A stretch of 64,000 bases of DNA from Nemertoderma westbladi (lineage: Eukaryota; Animalia; Xenacoelomorpha). Below are positions 46,656-60,400 of this stretch, piece after piece. Position numbers and translations under genes: made by a program. The notes below the pieces were generated by a model. The model saw only the letters and a program-made list of their open reading frames with translations. It had not been told where the DNA came from and did not search any database. The DNA lies in the NCBI GenBank assembly GCA_032718475.1, contig JAUCBJ010001856.1, positions 1-64,000 of the forward strand, given 5' to 3'. Each line of letters opens with the position of its first letter. The stretch's first letter is position 1.

Positions 46656-47457
46656 TAAGTTGCTATTATTGAGTGATTCGATTGTGGATCGCTTGGAAGC
46701 ATCCGTCATTAATTAAAGGAGTTATGTTAGATTTTCTGTCTCCAAAAACCTTAGGGTTCCCGGAGTTAGAGATAACGAGTTTAAACTCACTAACGCGTAA
46801 ACCAGATGTTATTTAAATCGCTTTTTCATTTTAATTAAATGTTTTCTTGGATCTATAAATATGTATCATTATTGGTCACAATGATATTCCTTTATTTCTA
46901 ATTTATTTTTTTAAGCTCATTTTTTTTTACCAGGTTTCTTACTATTAAAAGCATATATATGCGGCTTGTGGAGCGGGGGGGGGGGGGATGCTACCAAGTT
47001 TCTTTGTAACGATGCTGGTCACGCAAACATTTGATACATGAAAAAAGTACTTTTCGGTTATACAATACATTGTATTATCTTTTAAACCTTAAATTATTTG
47101 CCAACTGAATTGTATGATTAATTTATCCTAGTTACTGGAGTTTCTTGTGATTGTGAACTATTTGATTGGGTAACATTTTATAAATCAACCACATTAATTA
47201 AAATCGAACCATAAATAATATTTTCATAAAATATGTTTTGTCGATTTTATTAGATAGAAACTGGTCTCACAATTATTTCCCTTGTAAGAAATTTCCCATC
47301 TTTTTGTGAAACACTACTAGGGACAAGAGAAATACTTAATACTAATAATTCCTTACGGCTCCGTCAATTTCTGTCCTAGAAAAAATTGGGGTTGTAAACA
47401 ATCGCTATTTTATAATTAATTCGCCCTCGTTCCTTCTCTATCTTTTTAGGTCATTAA

Positions 47458-47586
47458 AGGCCGGTTTACACGTGGTAAATTTTTCGGCAAATAGCAACTT
47501 AATTTTGAACAACATGGCTTGATCGCAGTGTAAACGTGGCAACTTTTTAACAGCAACTTAGAAAGTTCCCACGTGTAAACCGGCCT
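47458..47586. mobile_element. 129-bp MITE, PIF/Harbinger (Tourist)-type
   Basis: Perfect 18-bp TIRs AGGCCGGTTTACACGTGG / CCACGTGTAAACCGGCCT flanked on both sides by TAA (47455-57 and 47587-89). Confidence 0.85.
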
Positions 47587-48280
47587 TAAGACAGACAAAG
47601 GTCAGCTTTGTTCGGAGAAGTTGGGATTTACGCATCTGTACTTGATTTGAATACGTGGTTGAACTCGGCTTCTCACGCTGAACACTTCATCATAGCTGGA
47701 GCAAACTTCGTTAAGTGTTTGTAATTGATGTTTGTGAATATAGTTTTACTTCGTTGTTAATTGTTATTAGTGTTACAAACGTTTCTTCCTAGAATTATGT
47801 TTAATATTTCGCTGCAAAAAGTAAATAAAATGTAAATTTTTTGGTGCGAACTTGACTGTCAATCACAGTGTTTCTAATATTTGTGTGGGTTGTATACGAT
47901 TGACACGCGTTGTTGTGATTATTACACACTCCCTCCATCCGTATTACTAACACTGATGCAAACTCGCATTAAAGAACATCTGGTTAATCGCTCACTCTAT
48001 TGTTCCCATATATCTTTTATGCAAAATTTTCTACAGAAACCGAATTGTAAAAACGTAATGCAACAATAAAAAGCAACTAATAATTGGGTACAAATTGCTC
48101 AAAATTATGTCATTCAGAGCAATTTACCCACAAATGGCCTGTGATTAAAGTTGCACGTATAATTTAGAACAAACTATTGACGTCATCCTTGCTAGGGCGT
48201 TGGGTTTATGCTTGCTAACCATATTAGCTTTATGCTTACATAGCATTAGGTCATTGTTCTATCATACGCAACCCTCCATG

Positions 48281-48289
48281 TATATATAA
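48281..48289 (+). promoter_or_regulatory. Candidate TATA box of the ShK-domain gene
   Basis: TATATATAA about 125 nt upstream of the ATG at 48408. Confidence 0.4.
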
Positions 48290-48407
48290 CAGCCGAATTT
48301 TATATCCTTCACATTAACTTTTGATTTTACGGATTTTAAATCTAATAAGTTTACTTAAAAATTTAAATATTTCAAGATAAAAACAAATTTAAAGCTAACA
48401 AATCAAG

Positions 48408-48435
48408 ATGTGGACTTGGATGGCCTGTTTGATAG
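48408..48435 (+). CDS. ShK gene exon 1 (start of signal peptide)
   Basis: aagATG context; encodes MWTWMACLI; donor AG|GTAAGT; phase matches exon 2. Confidence 0.75.
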
Positions 48436-51400
48436 GTAAGTTGTTGTTCGCAACCTCAAACTAAATCTGTTTTAACAAATGATGCTACTACTACTACGAT
48501 CGGAATGCTGCATGTTGTGCCGGCTTGACGACAAAATTGCGCCGCCACAACTTCCTTGGACCCATGACATTTGCTAGATCATCCGCATCGTCAAGGCCAG
48601 TGCCCTTTAAGGTCGTGTCATGTCACGATCAAGTCATGGGCTGTCCACCATGCTTATCCACTCCATGCGACCGCCAAAGCGTAAGATTATGCACTGGCTG
48701 GTCCTGACGGCGAAAGCAATGTCTTGCAAAGCGGAGGCGGTTCCGTTCAAGTGTTAAGCTAGGGAAGACTAATCGAACACCTCCAATGTTGTATAGAGTC
48801 TGATTGGGGATGTGTTCATTGTACTTGACACAATGAACCCGGCGCAGCATTCAGGATTCCCAGAGATTTGGTATCCTCTACAATCAGAGCCCAGCATGGA
48901 CTCCTTAAGGTTCCGTTTTATTCTATGGGACTTCCAAATTCTGGACAGACTATTTAACGCAGCCCATGCCTTCCCCTTACGTATCCGAAGGTGTTCACCT
49001 CACCATGGTGGATGACTTATGTAGCAGAAGTCATCCACGTGCTCAAGCGAACCGTCTCTAGAGCTTATGCCCTTACAATCAGACATTTATTGAGGACTGT
49101 CTAGGTTGACTGTCATGATTTTGGTCTTCTTGGAATTTACAAAAAAACCGACAATAGAAGCAACCTACACCAATGAGAAGAGGCGCCTTTGGGCTCCCTC
49201 TAGTGATTCTGACAGTACCTCTAAGTCATCAGTAAATTAAGGTTCCACAACTTTGACGGAACCCATTTTGGTTTGCAGTCTCTCAACAGGATCCCTGATG
49301 GGATTTAATATAATTCTGTTGTATAGCTTTGGAGCAATCGAGATTAGCGAGATTAGCGAGATTCCTCGAAAAGATCCACGGGTTGTTAGGTTGCCCTTCT
49401 TTGGGGCTGGGACCAACTTATTTGTTTTCAGTTCTTGAGGGACTATCTTTGTCCTATACATGTCCACAATAATGGTGTGAATGAGCTCCAAACACTCAGG
49501 AATTTTAAAGACCTCAGGGGCACGCCATTTACTCCACTGGCACGAATCATAGTATAGGTCGCGATCGATTTTAATAATCGCTGAATGGGCGTGCAACAAA
49601 GTCTGTGAGCATCATAAGCATACAATATGTTTGTTTAGTAGGGCCAGATCAGCATTGTCCTTCTTTGTGTCTTTCTGTGCGAACGTCTGATATGATATTA
49701 ATATCTCAGCAGCGGCTCTGTCAAATTTAATGAAATTGTGTGCGTGTTATGTAGTAGACTAAAAAATTCATATAGTTTTACTCATAAAATCTCGATCAAA
49801 GTTTCAAAATTTTCACACTAGACATAGACAATGCCTATTTGGACCGACCACACAGTACTTTATAGACTGTTTGATACTTAAATCGCGTACACCAAATCCC
49901 CGCAACGAGTAACGTGCATGTAGCAAGTTCACTTTATTTCCTCTGGTTATGTTCCCTCACTTAACAGTCTTCAGGAATTAGCTAACCACAATTATTGTGT
50001 GTTAAAACCGGTTTTATTTTTCAGTTCTACCTGCCCTTTCCATGTCGGGAGTGATTCTTCCTCCGGCTTGTGTAGAGGATGCTGATATCGGCGTACTCTG
50101 CGCTGGATGGGCCGCCGTTGGTGAGTGCCTTAACAACCCCGATTACATGTATATCCACTGCCAGAAGAGCTGCAACAAATGTGATGATGGATACGCCGGT
50201 TAGTATATACAGTAGTTCCTTATTGCGTAATATGATATTTACTATTTGAGGTTTTGGCAGCACAAGGTTTCTAGACATCTTAAAAGTTGAATATGAAATA
50301 ATAAGGATTTTGACTCTCAATTTGGCAATTTAAATTCCTATAAACCCCTCCAAAAAATATACACTTTTTTGACATCGTATCACTTTCATATGCAGTTTTT
50401 ATTCTGAAACCTTATTTCGAAATTTTACATTTATACTTGTTGCAAAGTTTATATATGTAAATACGTGTATCACATCATAATAATTGATTATATTCCATCA
50501 AAGTATAAATAAATTAATAATCTGTTATAGATTGCGTCGAAGAGTCGGATGCCCATTTCGATTGCGAAGGCTGGGCTGCTGATGGACAATGTGGAAGTAA
50601 CGCCCAGTTCATGTACTCCTACTGTCAGTCATCCTGTAACAAGTGTGACGATGGAACTGGTAAGCTACCAAGGCATCATACTAGCTAGGTAGCTACTCAA
50701 CTAGCTAGTTATTATAGTTGATGTAATGTTACTGTATCTGTCTATTGTTAGTTAGTACATTAATTAATAACTTTTCTATATTATTCCCCGTCTATTAATA
50801 TAATAATTAATTCATTAATTTTATACTTTATATACTTATATATTTCCCAGTCTGCGTGGAGCGTGATGATCTCGATGATAACTGCGCCGAGTGGGCTGCC
50901 GAAGGGCAATGTACGGCTAACAAAGCCTACATGTACAACTACTGCCAGTCCAGTTGCGATAAATGCGGAGATGGTGTCGACGCACCCCCAGCTGATCCCT
51001 GCCGTAAGTGTTTTATGCTAAAACTGTAGTATTTGTGTGGTTTTTATGTATTTTACAGTAAGTGCATAACAGCTGTTGGATCTGCTTCTTCTAGTAAGTA
51101 ATATCGCTATTTCTCTTTCAGCTTGTGTTGAAGCTCCCGACAATAACTTCCATTGTCCTGGCTGGGCCGCCGATGGTGAATGTGGCGCTAATCCCGACTA
51201 CATGTACGAACAGTGTCAGACAACCTGTAACAAATGCGACGATGGAACTGGTAAGCTACCAAGGCCTTCAAATACTGTAACTAGGTAGCTAATCATATAG
51301 CTAGTTTTGTCTTAACCTTCAAGGTACAAAACATCTTTCACAGTTAGGAAATTATGTTAAAACAATCGAAAGATAATTTCCAGTCCCAATTTAATAAATA

Positions 51401-54400
51401 ATCGATTACTTTCAGTTTGTAACGAGAGACCAGACTTGGATGTGAACTGCCCCGGATGGGCTGCTGATGGAGAGTGTGGTAATAACCCACGGTACATGTA
51501 CAACTACTGTCAGACTTCCTGCAACTACTGTAATGATGGAGAAAGTAAGTGGAACTTACCGGTATTTAGAAACTCACTTTTATTTAGTACTTTTAATTAA
51601 AAGTTTAAAATCATTAGGATACCATATTCAGATTGATAGGTCTAGGTAAAATAAATGCAGAGCAAGATGTAAGTCCGAGTTACTGGAAGGGAAATTTGGG
51701 AAGTGGTTGTAATGCATGACCGTGGTTGTCGGTTGTTTATAAACCCTGAGTTACTGGAAGGGATGTTTGGGCAGTGGTTGTAATGCATGGCCGTGGTTGC
51801 CGGTTGTTTACAAACCCCGAGTTACTGGAAGGGATGTTTGGGCAGTGGTTGTAATGCATGGGCGTGGTTGCCGGTTGTTTACAAACCCTGAGATACTGGA
51901 AGGGATGTTTGGGCAGTGGTTGTAATGCATGGCCGTGGTTGCCGGTTGTTTACAAACCCTGAGTTACTGGAAGGGATGTTTGGGCAGTGGTTGTAATGCA
52001 TGGCCGTGGTTGCCGGTTGTTTATAAAGCCCGAGTTACTGGAAGGAATGTTTGGGCAGTGGTTGTAATGCATGGCCGTGGTTGCCGGTTGTTTACAAACC
52101 CCGAGTTACTGGAAGGGATGTTTGGGCAGTGGTGGAAATGCATGGCCGTGGTTGCCGGTTGTTTACAAACCCAGAAGATACGTGAATCAGCGTGTCTCAG
52201 CATTTAATTCTGGAGCATAGTTTATGATGGAACCCGTTTGATATTAATTGGGCAATGGCACGTCGTCGTGGCCTCTTAGTCCATATATATTAATCCCACC
52301 ACCATCTGGAGGGTTGTCGATGGCATGGAGTATGCCCTTGATAATTATTTAATGAATGTGAGATTCTTTTAGGCTCGTTAGGCCAAGGAATGCCTGTTCA
52401 CCTCCATGGATGATCTTCTACAGTAAACCCGTCCACTCTGTTTCCCAAATTAATGCAGCTGTTCACCACCATGGATGATCTTCTACAGTTAACCCTTCCA
52501 ATCTGTTTCCTAAATAAATGCATGTTCACCACCAACGGGGCCAGGAATGCCACGCCTGCTTTATGTAATGCAGATGTAATACATACTGCTACTACTGTAA
52601 TAATACTACTACAGTACGATACCTACTGTAATGCAATCTTATAATTTTTCCCCCAGACTGTGTCGAATTACCCGACGATAACGACAACTGTTCGGGATGG
52701 GCCGCTATCGGCGAATGTACAGCCAACAAATCCTACATGTACACCCACTGTCAGACTTCTTGCAACAAATGTGATGATGGAGGTAAGTATGTTGTACAGT
52801 ACACCCACTGTCGGACTTCTTGCAACAAATGTGATGACGGCGGTAAGTATGTTGTACACCCACTGTCAGACTTCTTGTAACAAATGTGATGATGGCGGTA
52901 AGTATGTTGTACACCCACTGTCGTACTTCTTGTAACAAATGTGATGATGGCGGTAAGTATGTTGTACACCCACTGTCAGACTTCTTGTAACAAATGTGAT
53001 GATGGCGGTAAGTATGTTGTACACCCACTGTCAGACTTCTTGCAACAAATGTGATGATGGCGGTAAGTTGTACACCCACTGTCGGACTTCTTGTAACAAA
53101 TGTGATGATGGCGGTAAGTATGTTGTACACCCACTGTCGTACTTCTTGTAACAAATGTGATGATGGCGGTAAGTATGTTGTACACCCACTGTCAGACTTC
53201 TTGTAACAAATGTGATGATGGCGGTAAGTATGTTGTACACCCACTGTCAGACTTCTTGTAACAAATGTGATGATGGCGGTAAGTATGTGGCACCCACTGT
53301 CGTACTTCTTGTAACAAATGTGATGATGGCGGTAAGTATGTTGTACACCCACTGTCAGACATCTTGTAACAAATGTGATGATGGCGGTAAGTATGTTGTA
53401 CACCCACTGTCGGACTTCTTGTAACAAATGTGATGATGGCGGTAAGTATGTTGTACACCCACTGTCGTACTTCTTGTAACAAATGTGATGATGGCGGTAA
53501 GTATGTTGTACACCCACTGTCAGACTTCTTGTAACAAATGTGATGATGGCGGTAAGTATGTTGTACACCCACTGTCGTACTTCTTGTAACAAATGTGATG
53601 ATGGCGGTAAGTATGTTGTACACCCACTGTCAGACTTCTTGTAACAAATGTGATGATGGCGGTAAGTATGTTGTACACCCACTGTCGGACTTCTTGTAAC
53701 AAATGTGATGATGGCGGTAAGTATGTGTACACCCACTGTCGGACTTCTTGTAACAAATGTGATGATGGCGGTAAGTATGTTGTACACCCACTGTCAGACT
53801 TCTTGTAACAAATGTGATGATGGCGGTAAGTATGTTGTACACCCACTGTCGGACTTCTTGTAACAAATGTGATGATGGCGGTAAGTATGTTGTACACCCA
53901 CTGTCGTACTTCTTGTAACAAATGTGATGATGGGGGTAAGTATGTTGTACACCCACTGTCAGACTTCTTGTAACAAATGTGATGATGGCGGTAAGTATGT
54001 TGTACACCCACTGTCACACTTCTTGTAACAAATGTGATGATGGCGGTAAGTATGTGTACACCCACTGTCGGACTTCTTGTAACAAATGTGATGATGGCGG
54101 TAAGTATGTTGTACACCCACTGTCGGACTTCTTGCCACAAATGTGATGATGGCGGTAAGTATGTTGTACACCCACTGTCAGACTTCTTGCAACAAATGTG
54201 ATGATGGCGGTAAGTATGTTGTACACCCACTGTCAGACTTCTTGCAACAAATGTGATGATGGCGGTAAGTATGTTGTACACCCACTGTTAGAATTCTTGT
54301 AACAAATGTGATGATGGCGGTAAGTATGTTGTACACCCACTGTCACACTTCTTGTAACAAATGTGATGATGGCGGTAAGTATGTTGTACACCCACTGTCA

Positions 54401-57400
54401 CACTTCTTGTAACAAATGTGATGATGGCGGTAAGTATGTTGTACACCCACTGTCAGACTTCTTGCAACAAATGTGATGATGGCGGTAAGTATGTTGTACA
54501 CCCACTGTTAGACTTCTTGTAACAAATGTGATGATGGCGGTAAGTATGTTGTACACCCACTGTCACACTTCTTGTAACAAATGTGATGATGGCGGTAAGT
54601 ATGTTGTACAGTGTACACCCACTGTCGGACTTCTTGTAACAAATGTGATGATGGCGGTAAGTATGTTGTACACCCACTGTCAGACTACTTGTAACAAATG
54701 TGATGATGGCGGTAAGATGTTGTACAGTGTACACCCACTGTCGGACTTCTTGTAACAGATGTGATGATGGCGGTAAGTATGTTGTACACCCACTGTCAGA
54801 CTTCTTGTAACAAATGTGTTGATGGCGGTAAGTATGTTGTACACCCACTGTCAGACTTCTTGTAACAAATGTGATGTTGGCGGTAAGTATTTTGTACAGT
54901 GTACACCCACTGTCGGACTTCTTGTAACAAATGTGATGATGGCGGTAAGTATGTTGTACACCCACTGTCACACTTCTTGTAACAAATGTGATGATGGCGG
55001 TAAGTATGTTGTACACCCACTGTCAGACTTCTTGCAACAAATGTGATGATGGCGGTAAGTATGTTGTACACCCACTGTTAGACTTCTTGTAACAAATGTG
55101 ATGATGGCGGTAAGTATGTTGTACACCCACTGTCACACTTCTTGTAACAAATGTGATGATGGCGGTAAGTATGTTGTACACCCACTGTCACACTTCTTGT
55201 AACAAATGTGATGATGGCGGTAAGTATGTTGTACACCCACTGTCGGACTTCTTGTAACAAATGTGATGATGGCGGTAAGTATGTTGTACAGTGTACACCC
55301 ACTGTCGGACTTCTTGTAACAAATGTGATGATGGCGGTAAGTATGTTGTACACCCACTGTCAGACTTCTTGTAACAAATGTGATGATGGCGGTAAGTATG
55401 TGTACACCCACTGTCGGACTTCTTGTAACAAATGTGATGATGGCGGTAAGTATGTTGTACACCCACTGTCGGACTTCTTGTAACAAATGTGATGATGGCG
55501 GTAAGTATGTTGTACACCCACTGTCAGATTTCTTGTAACAAATGTGATGATGGCGGTAAGTATGTTGTACACCCACTGTCAGACTTCTTGTAACAAATGT
55601 GATGATGGCGGTAAGTATGTTGTACACCCACTGTCAGACTTCTTGTAAGAAATGTGATGATGGCGGTAAGTATGTTGTACACCCACTGTCAGACTTCTTG
55701 CAACAAATGTGATGATGGCGGTAAGTATGTTGTACACCCACTGTTAGACTTCTTGTAACAAATGTGATGATGGCGGTAAGTATGTTGTACACCCACTGTC
55801 ACACTTCTTGTAACAAATGTGATGATGGCGGTAAGTATGTTGTACACCCACTGTCCCACTTCTTGTAACAAATGTGATGATGCGATGGCGGTAAGTATGT
55901 TGTACACCCACTGTCGGACTTCTTGTAACAAATGTGATGATGGCGGTAAGTATGTTGTACAGTGTACACCCACTGTCGGACTTCTTGTAACAAATGTGAT
56001 GATGGCGGTAAGTATGTTGTACAGTGTACACCCACTGTCGGACTTCTTGTAACAAATGTGATGATGGCGGTAAGTATGTTGTACAGTGTACACCCACTGT
56101 CGGACTTCTTGTAACAAATGTGATGATGGCGGTAAGTATGTTGTACACCCACTGTCAGACTACTTGTAACAAATGTGATGATGGCGGTAAGTATGTTGTA
56201 CACCCACTGTCGTACTTCTTGTAACAAATGTGATGATGGCGGTAAGTATGTTGTACACCCACTGTCAGACTTCTTGTAACAAATGTGATGATGGCGGTAA
56301 GTATGTTGTACACCCACTGTCACACTTCTTGTAACAAATGTGATGATGGCGGTAAGTATGTGTACACCCACTGTCGGACTTCTTGTAACAAATGTGATGA
56401 TGGCGGTAAGTATGTTGTACACCCACTGTCGGACTTCTTGCCACAAATGTGATGATGGCGGTAAGTATGTTGTACACCCACTGTCAGACTTCTTGCAACA
56501 AATGTGATGATGGCGGTAAGTATGTTGTACACCCACTGTCAGACTTCTTGCAACAAATGTGATGATGGCGGTAAGTATGTTGTACACCCACTGTTAGACT
56601 TCTTGTAACAAATGTGATGATGGCGGTAAGTATGTTGTACACCCACTGTCACACTTCTTGTAACAAATGTGATGATGGCGGTAAGTATGTTGTACACCCA
56701 CTGTCACACTTCTTGTAACAAATGTGATGATGGCGGTAAGTATGTTGTACACCCACTGTCAGACTTCTTGCAACAAATGTGATGATGGCGGTAAGTATGT
56801 TGTACACCCACTGTTAGACTTCTTGTAACAAATGTGATGATGGCGGTAAGTATGTTGTACACCCACTGTCACACTTCTTGTAACAAATGTGATGATGGCG
56901 GTAAGTATGTTGTACACCCACTGTCCCACTTCTTGTAACAAATGTGATGATGCGATGGCGGTAAGTATGTTGTACACCCACTGTCGGACTTCTTGTAACA
57001 AATGTGATGATGGCGGTAAGTATGTTGTACAGTGTACACCCACTGTCGGACTTCTTGTAACAAATGTGATGATGGCGGTAAGTATGTTGTACAGTGTACA
57101 CCCACTGTCGGACTTCTTGTAACAAATGTGATGATGGCGGTAAGTATGTTGTACACCCACTGTCAGACTACTTGTAACAAATGTGATGATGGCGGTAAGA
57201 TGTTGTACAGTATACACCCACTGTCGGACTTCTTGTAACAAATGTGATGATGGCGGTAAGTATGTTGTACACCCACTGTCAGACTTCTTGTAACAAATGT
57301 GTTGATGGCGGTAAGTATGTTGTACACCCACTGTCAGACTTCTTGTAACAAATGTGATGTTGGCGGTAAGTATTTTGTACAGTGTACACCCACTGTCGGA

Positions 57401-60400
57401 CTTCTTGTAACAAATGTGATGATGGCGGTAAGTATGTTGTACACCCACTGTCACACTTCTTGTAACAAATGTGATGATGGCGGTAAGTATGTTGTACACC
57501 CACTGTCAGACTTCTTGCAACAAATGTGATGATGGCGGTAAGTATGTTGTACACCCACTGTTAGACTTCTTGTAACAAATGTGATGATGGCGGTAAGTAT
57601 GTTGTACACCCACTGTCACACTTCTTGTAACAAATGTGATGATGGCGGTAAGTATGTTGTACACCCACTGTCACACTTCTTGTAACAAATGTGATGATGG
57701 CGGTAAGTATGTTGTACACCCACTGTCGGACTTCTTGTAACAAATGTGATGATGGCGGTAAGTATGTTGTACAGTGTACACCCACTGTCGGACTTCTTGT
57801 AACAAATGTGATGATGGCGGTAAGTATGTTGTACAGTGTACACCCACTGTCGGACTTCTTGTAACAAATGTGATGATGGCGGTAAGTATGTTGTACAGTG
57901 TACACCCACTGTCGGACTTCTTGTAACAAATGTGATGATGGCGGTAAGTATGTTGTACACCCACTGTCAGACTACTTGTAACAAATGTGATGATGGCGGT
58001 AAGATGTTGTACAGTGTACACCCACTGTCGGACTTCTTGTAACAAATGTGATGATGGCGGTAAGTATGTTGTACACCCACTGTCAGACTTCTTGTAACAA
58101 ATGTGTTGATGGCGGTAAGTATGTGGTACACCCACTGTCAGACTTCTTGTAACAAATGTGATGTTGGCGGTAAGTATTTTGTACAGTGTACACCCACTGT
58201 CGGACTTCTTGTAACAAATGTGATGATGGCGGTAAGTATGTTGTACACCCACTGTCAGACTTCTTGTAACAAATGTGATGATGGCGGTAAGTATGTGTAC
58301 ACCCACTGTCGGACTTCTTGTAACAAATGTGATGATGGCGGTAAGTATGTTGTACACCCACTGTCGGACTTCTTGTAACAAATGTGATGATGGCGGTAAG
58401 TATGTTGTACACCCACTGTCAGATTTCTTGTAACAAATGTGATGATGGCGGTAAGTATGTTGTACACCCACTGTCGGACTTCTTCTAACAAATGTGATGA
58501 TGGCGGTAAGTATGTTGTACACCCACTGTCAGACTTCTTGTAACAAATGTGATGATGGCGGTAAGTATGTTGTACACCCACTGTCAGACTTCTTGTAAGA
58601 AATGTGATGATGGCGGTAAGTATGTTGTACACCCACTGTCAGACTTCTTGTAACAAATGTGATGATGGCGGTAAGTATGTTGTACACCCACTGTCAGACT
58701 ACTTGTAACAAATGTAATGATGGCGGTAAGTATGTTGTACACCCACTGTCGGACTTCTTGTAACAAATATGATGATGGCGGTAAGTATGTTGTACACCCA
58801 CTGTCAGACTTCTTGTAACAAATGTGATGATGGCGGTAAGTATGTTGTACACCCACTGTCAGACTTCTTGTAACAAATGTGATGATGGCGGTAAGTATGT
58901 TGTACACCCACTGTCGGACTTCTTGTAACAAATGTGATGATGGCGGTAAGTATGTTGTACACCCACTGTCAGACTTCTTGTAACAATGTGATGATGGCGG
59001 TAAGTATGTTGTACACCCACTGTCAGACTTCTTGTAACAAATATGATGATGGCGGTAAGTATGTTGTACACCCACTGTCAGACTTCTTGTAACAAATGTG
59101 ATGATGGCGGTAAGTATGTTGTACACCCACTGTCACACTTCTTGTAACAAATGTGATGATGGCGGTAAGTATGTGTACACCCACTGTCGGACTTCTTGTA
59201 ACAAATGTGATGATGGCGGTAAGTATGTTGTACACCCACTGTCACACTTCTTGTAACAAATGTGATGATGGCGGTAAGTATGTTGTACACCCACTGTCCC
59301 ACTTCTTGTAACAAATGTGATGATGCGATGGCGGTAAGTATGTTGTACACCCACTGTCGGACTTCTTGTAACAAATGTGATGATGGCGGTAAGTATGTTG
59401 TACACCCACTGTCAGACTTCTTGTAACAAATGTGATGATGGCGGTAAGTATGTTGTACACCCACTGTCAGACTTCTTGTAACAAATGTGATGATGGCGGT
59501 AAGTATGTTGTACACCCACTGTCACACTTCTTGTAACAAATGTGATGATGGCGGTAAGTATGTGTACACCCACTGTCGGACTTCTTGTAACAAATGTGAT
59601 GATGGCGGTAAGTATGTTGTACACCCACTGTCGGACTTCTTGCCACAAATGTGATGATGGCGGTAAGTATGTTGTACACCCACTGTCAGACTTCTTGCAA
59701 CAAATGTGATGATGGCGGTAAGTATGTTGTACACCCACTGTCAGACTTCTTGCAACAAATGTGATGATGGCGGTAAGTATGTTGTACACCCACTGTTAGA
59801 CTTCTTGTAACAAATGTGATGATGGCGGTAAGTATGTTGTACACCCACTGTCACACTTCTTGTAACAAATGTGATGATGGCGGTAAGTATGTTGTACACC
59901 CACTGTCACACTTCTTGTAACAAATGTGATGATGGCGGTAAGTATGTTGTACACCCACTGTCAGACTTCTTGCAACAAATGTGATGATGGCGGTAAGTAT
60001 GTTGTACACCCACTGTTAGACTTCTTGTAACAAATGTGATGATGGCGGTAAGTATGTTGTACACCCACTGTCACACTTCTTGTAACAAATGTGATGATGG
60101 CGGTAAGTATGTTGTACAGTGTACACCCACTGTCGGACTTCTTGTAACAAATGTGATGATGGCGGTAAGTATGTTGTACACCCACTGTCGGACTTCTTGT
60201 AACAAATGTGATGATGGCGGTAAGTATGTTGTACAGTGTACACCCACTGTCGGACTTCTTGTAACAAATGTGATGATGGCGGTAAGTATGTTGTACAGTG
60301 TACACCCACTGTCGGACTTCTTGTAACAAATGTGATGATGGCGGTAAGTATGTTGTACACCCACTGTCAGACTACTTGTAACAAATGTGATGATGGCGGT

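Noticed and set aside
51677-52172. 71-bp array as another splice-junction array
   Set aside because: It lies about 130 nt inside the intron and has no exon similarity. It shows that not every array here is junction-derived.
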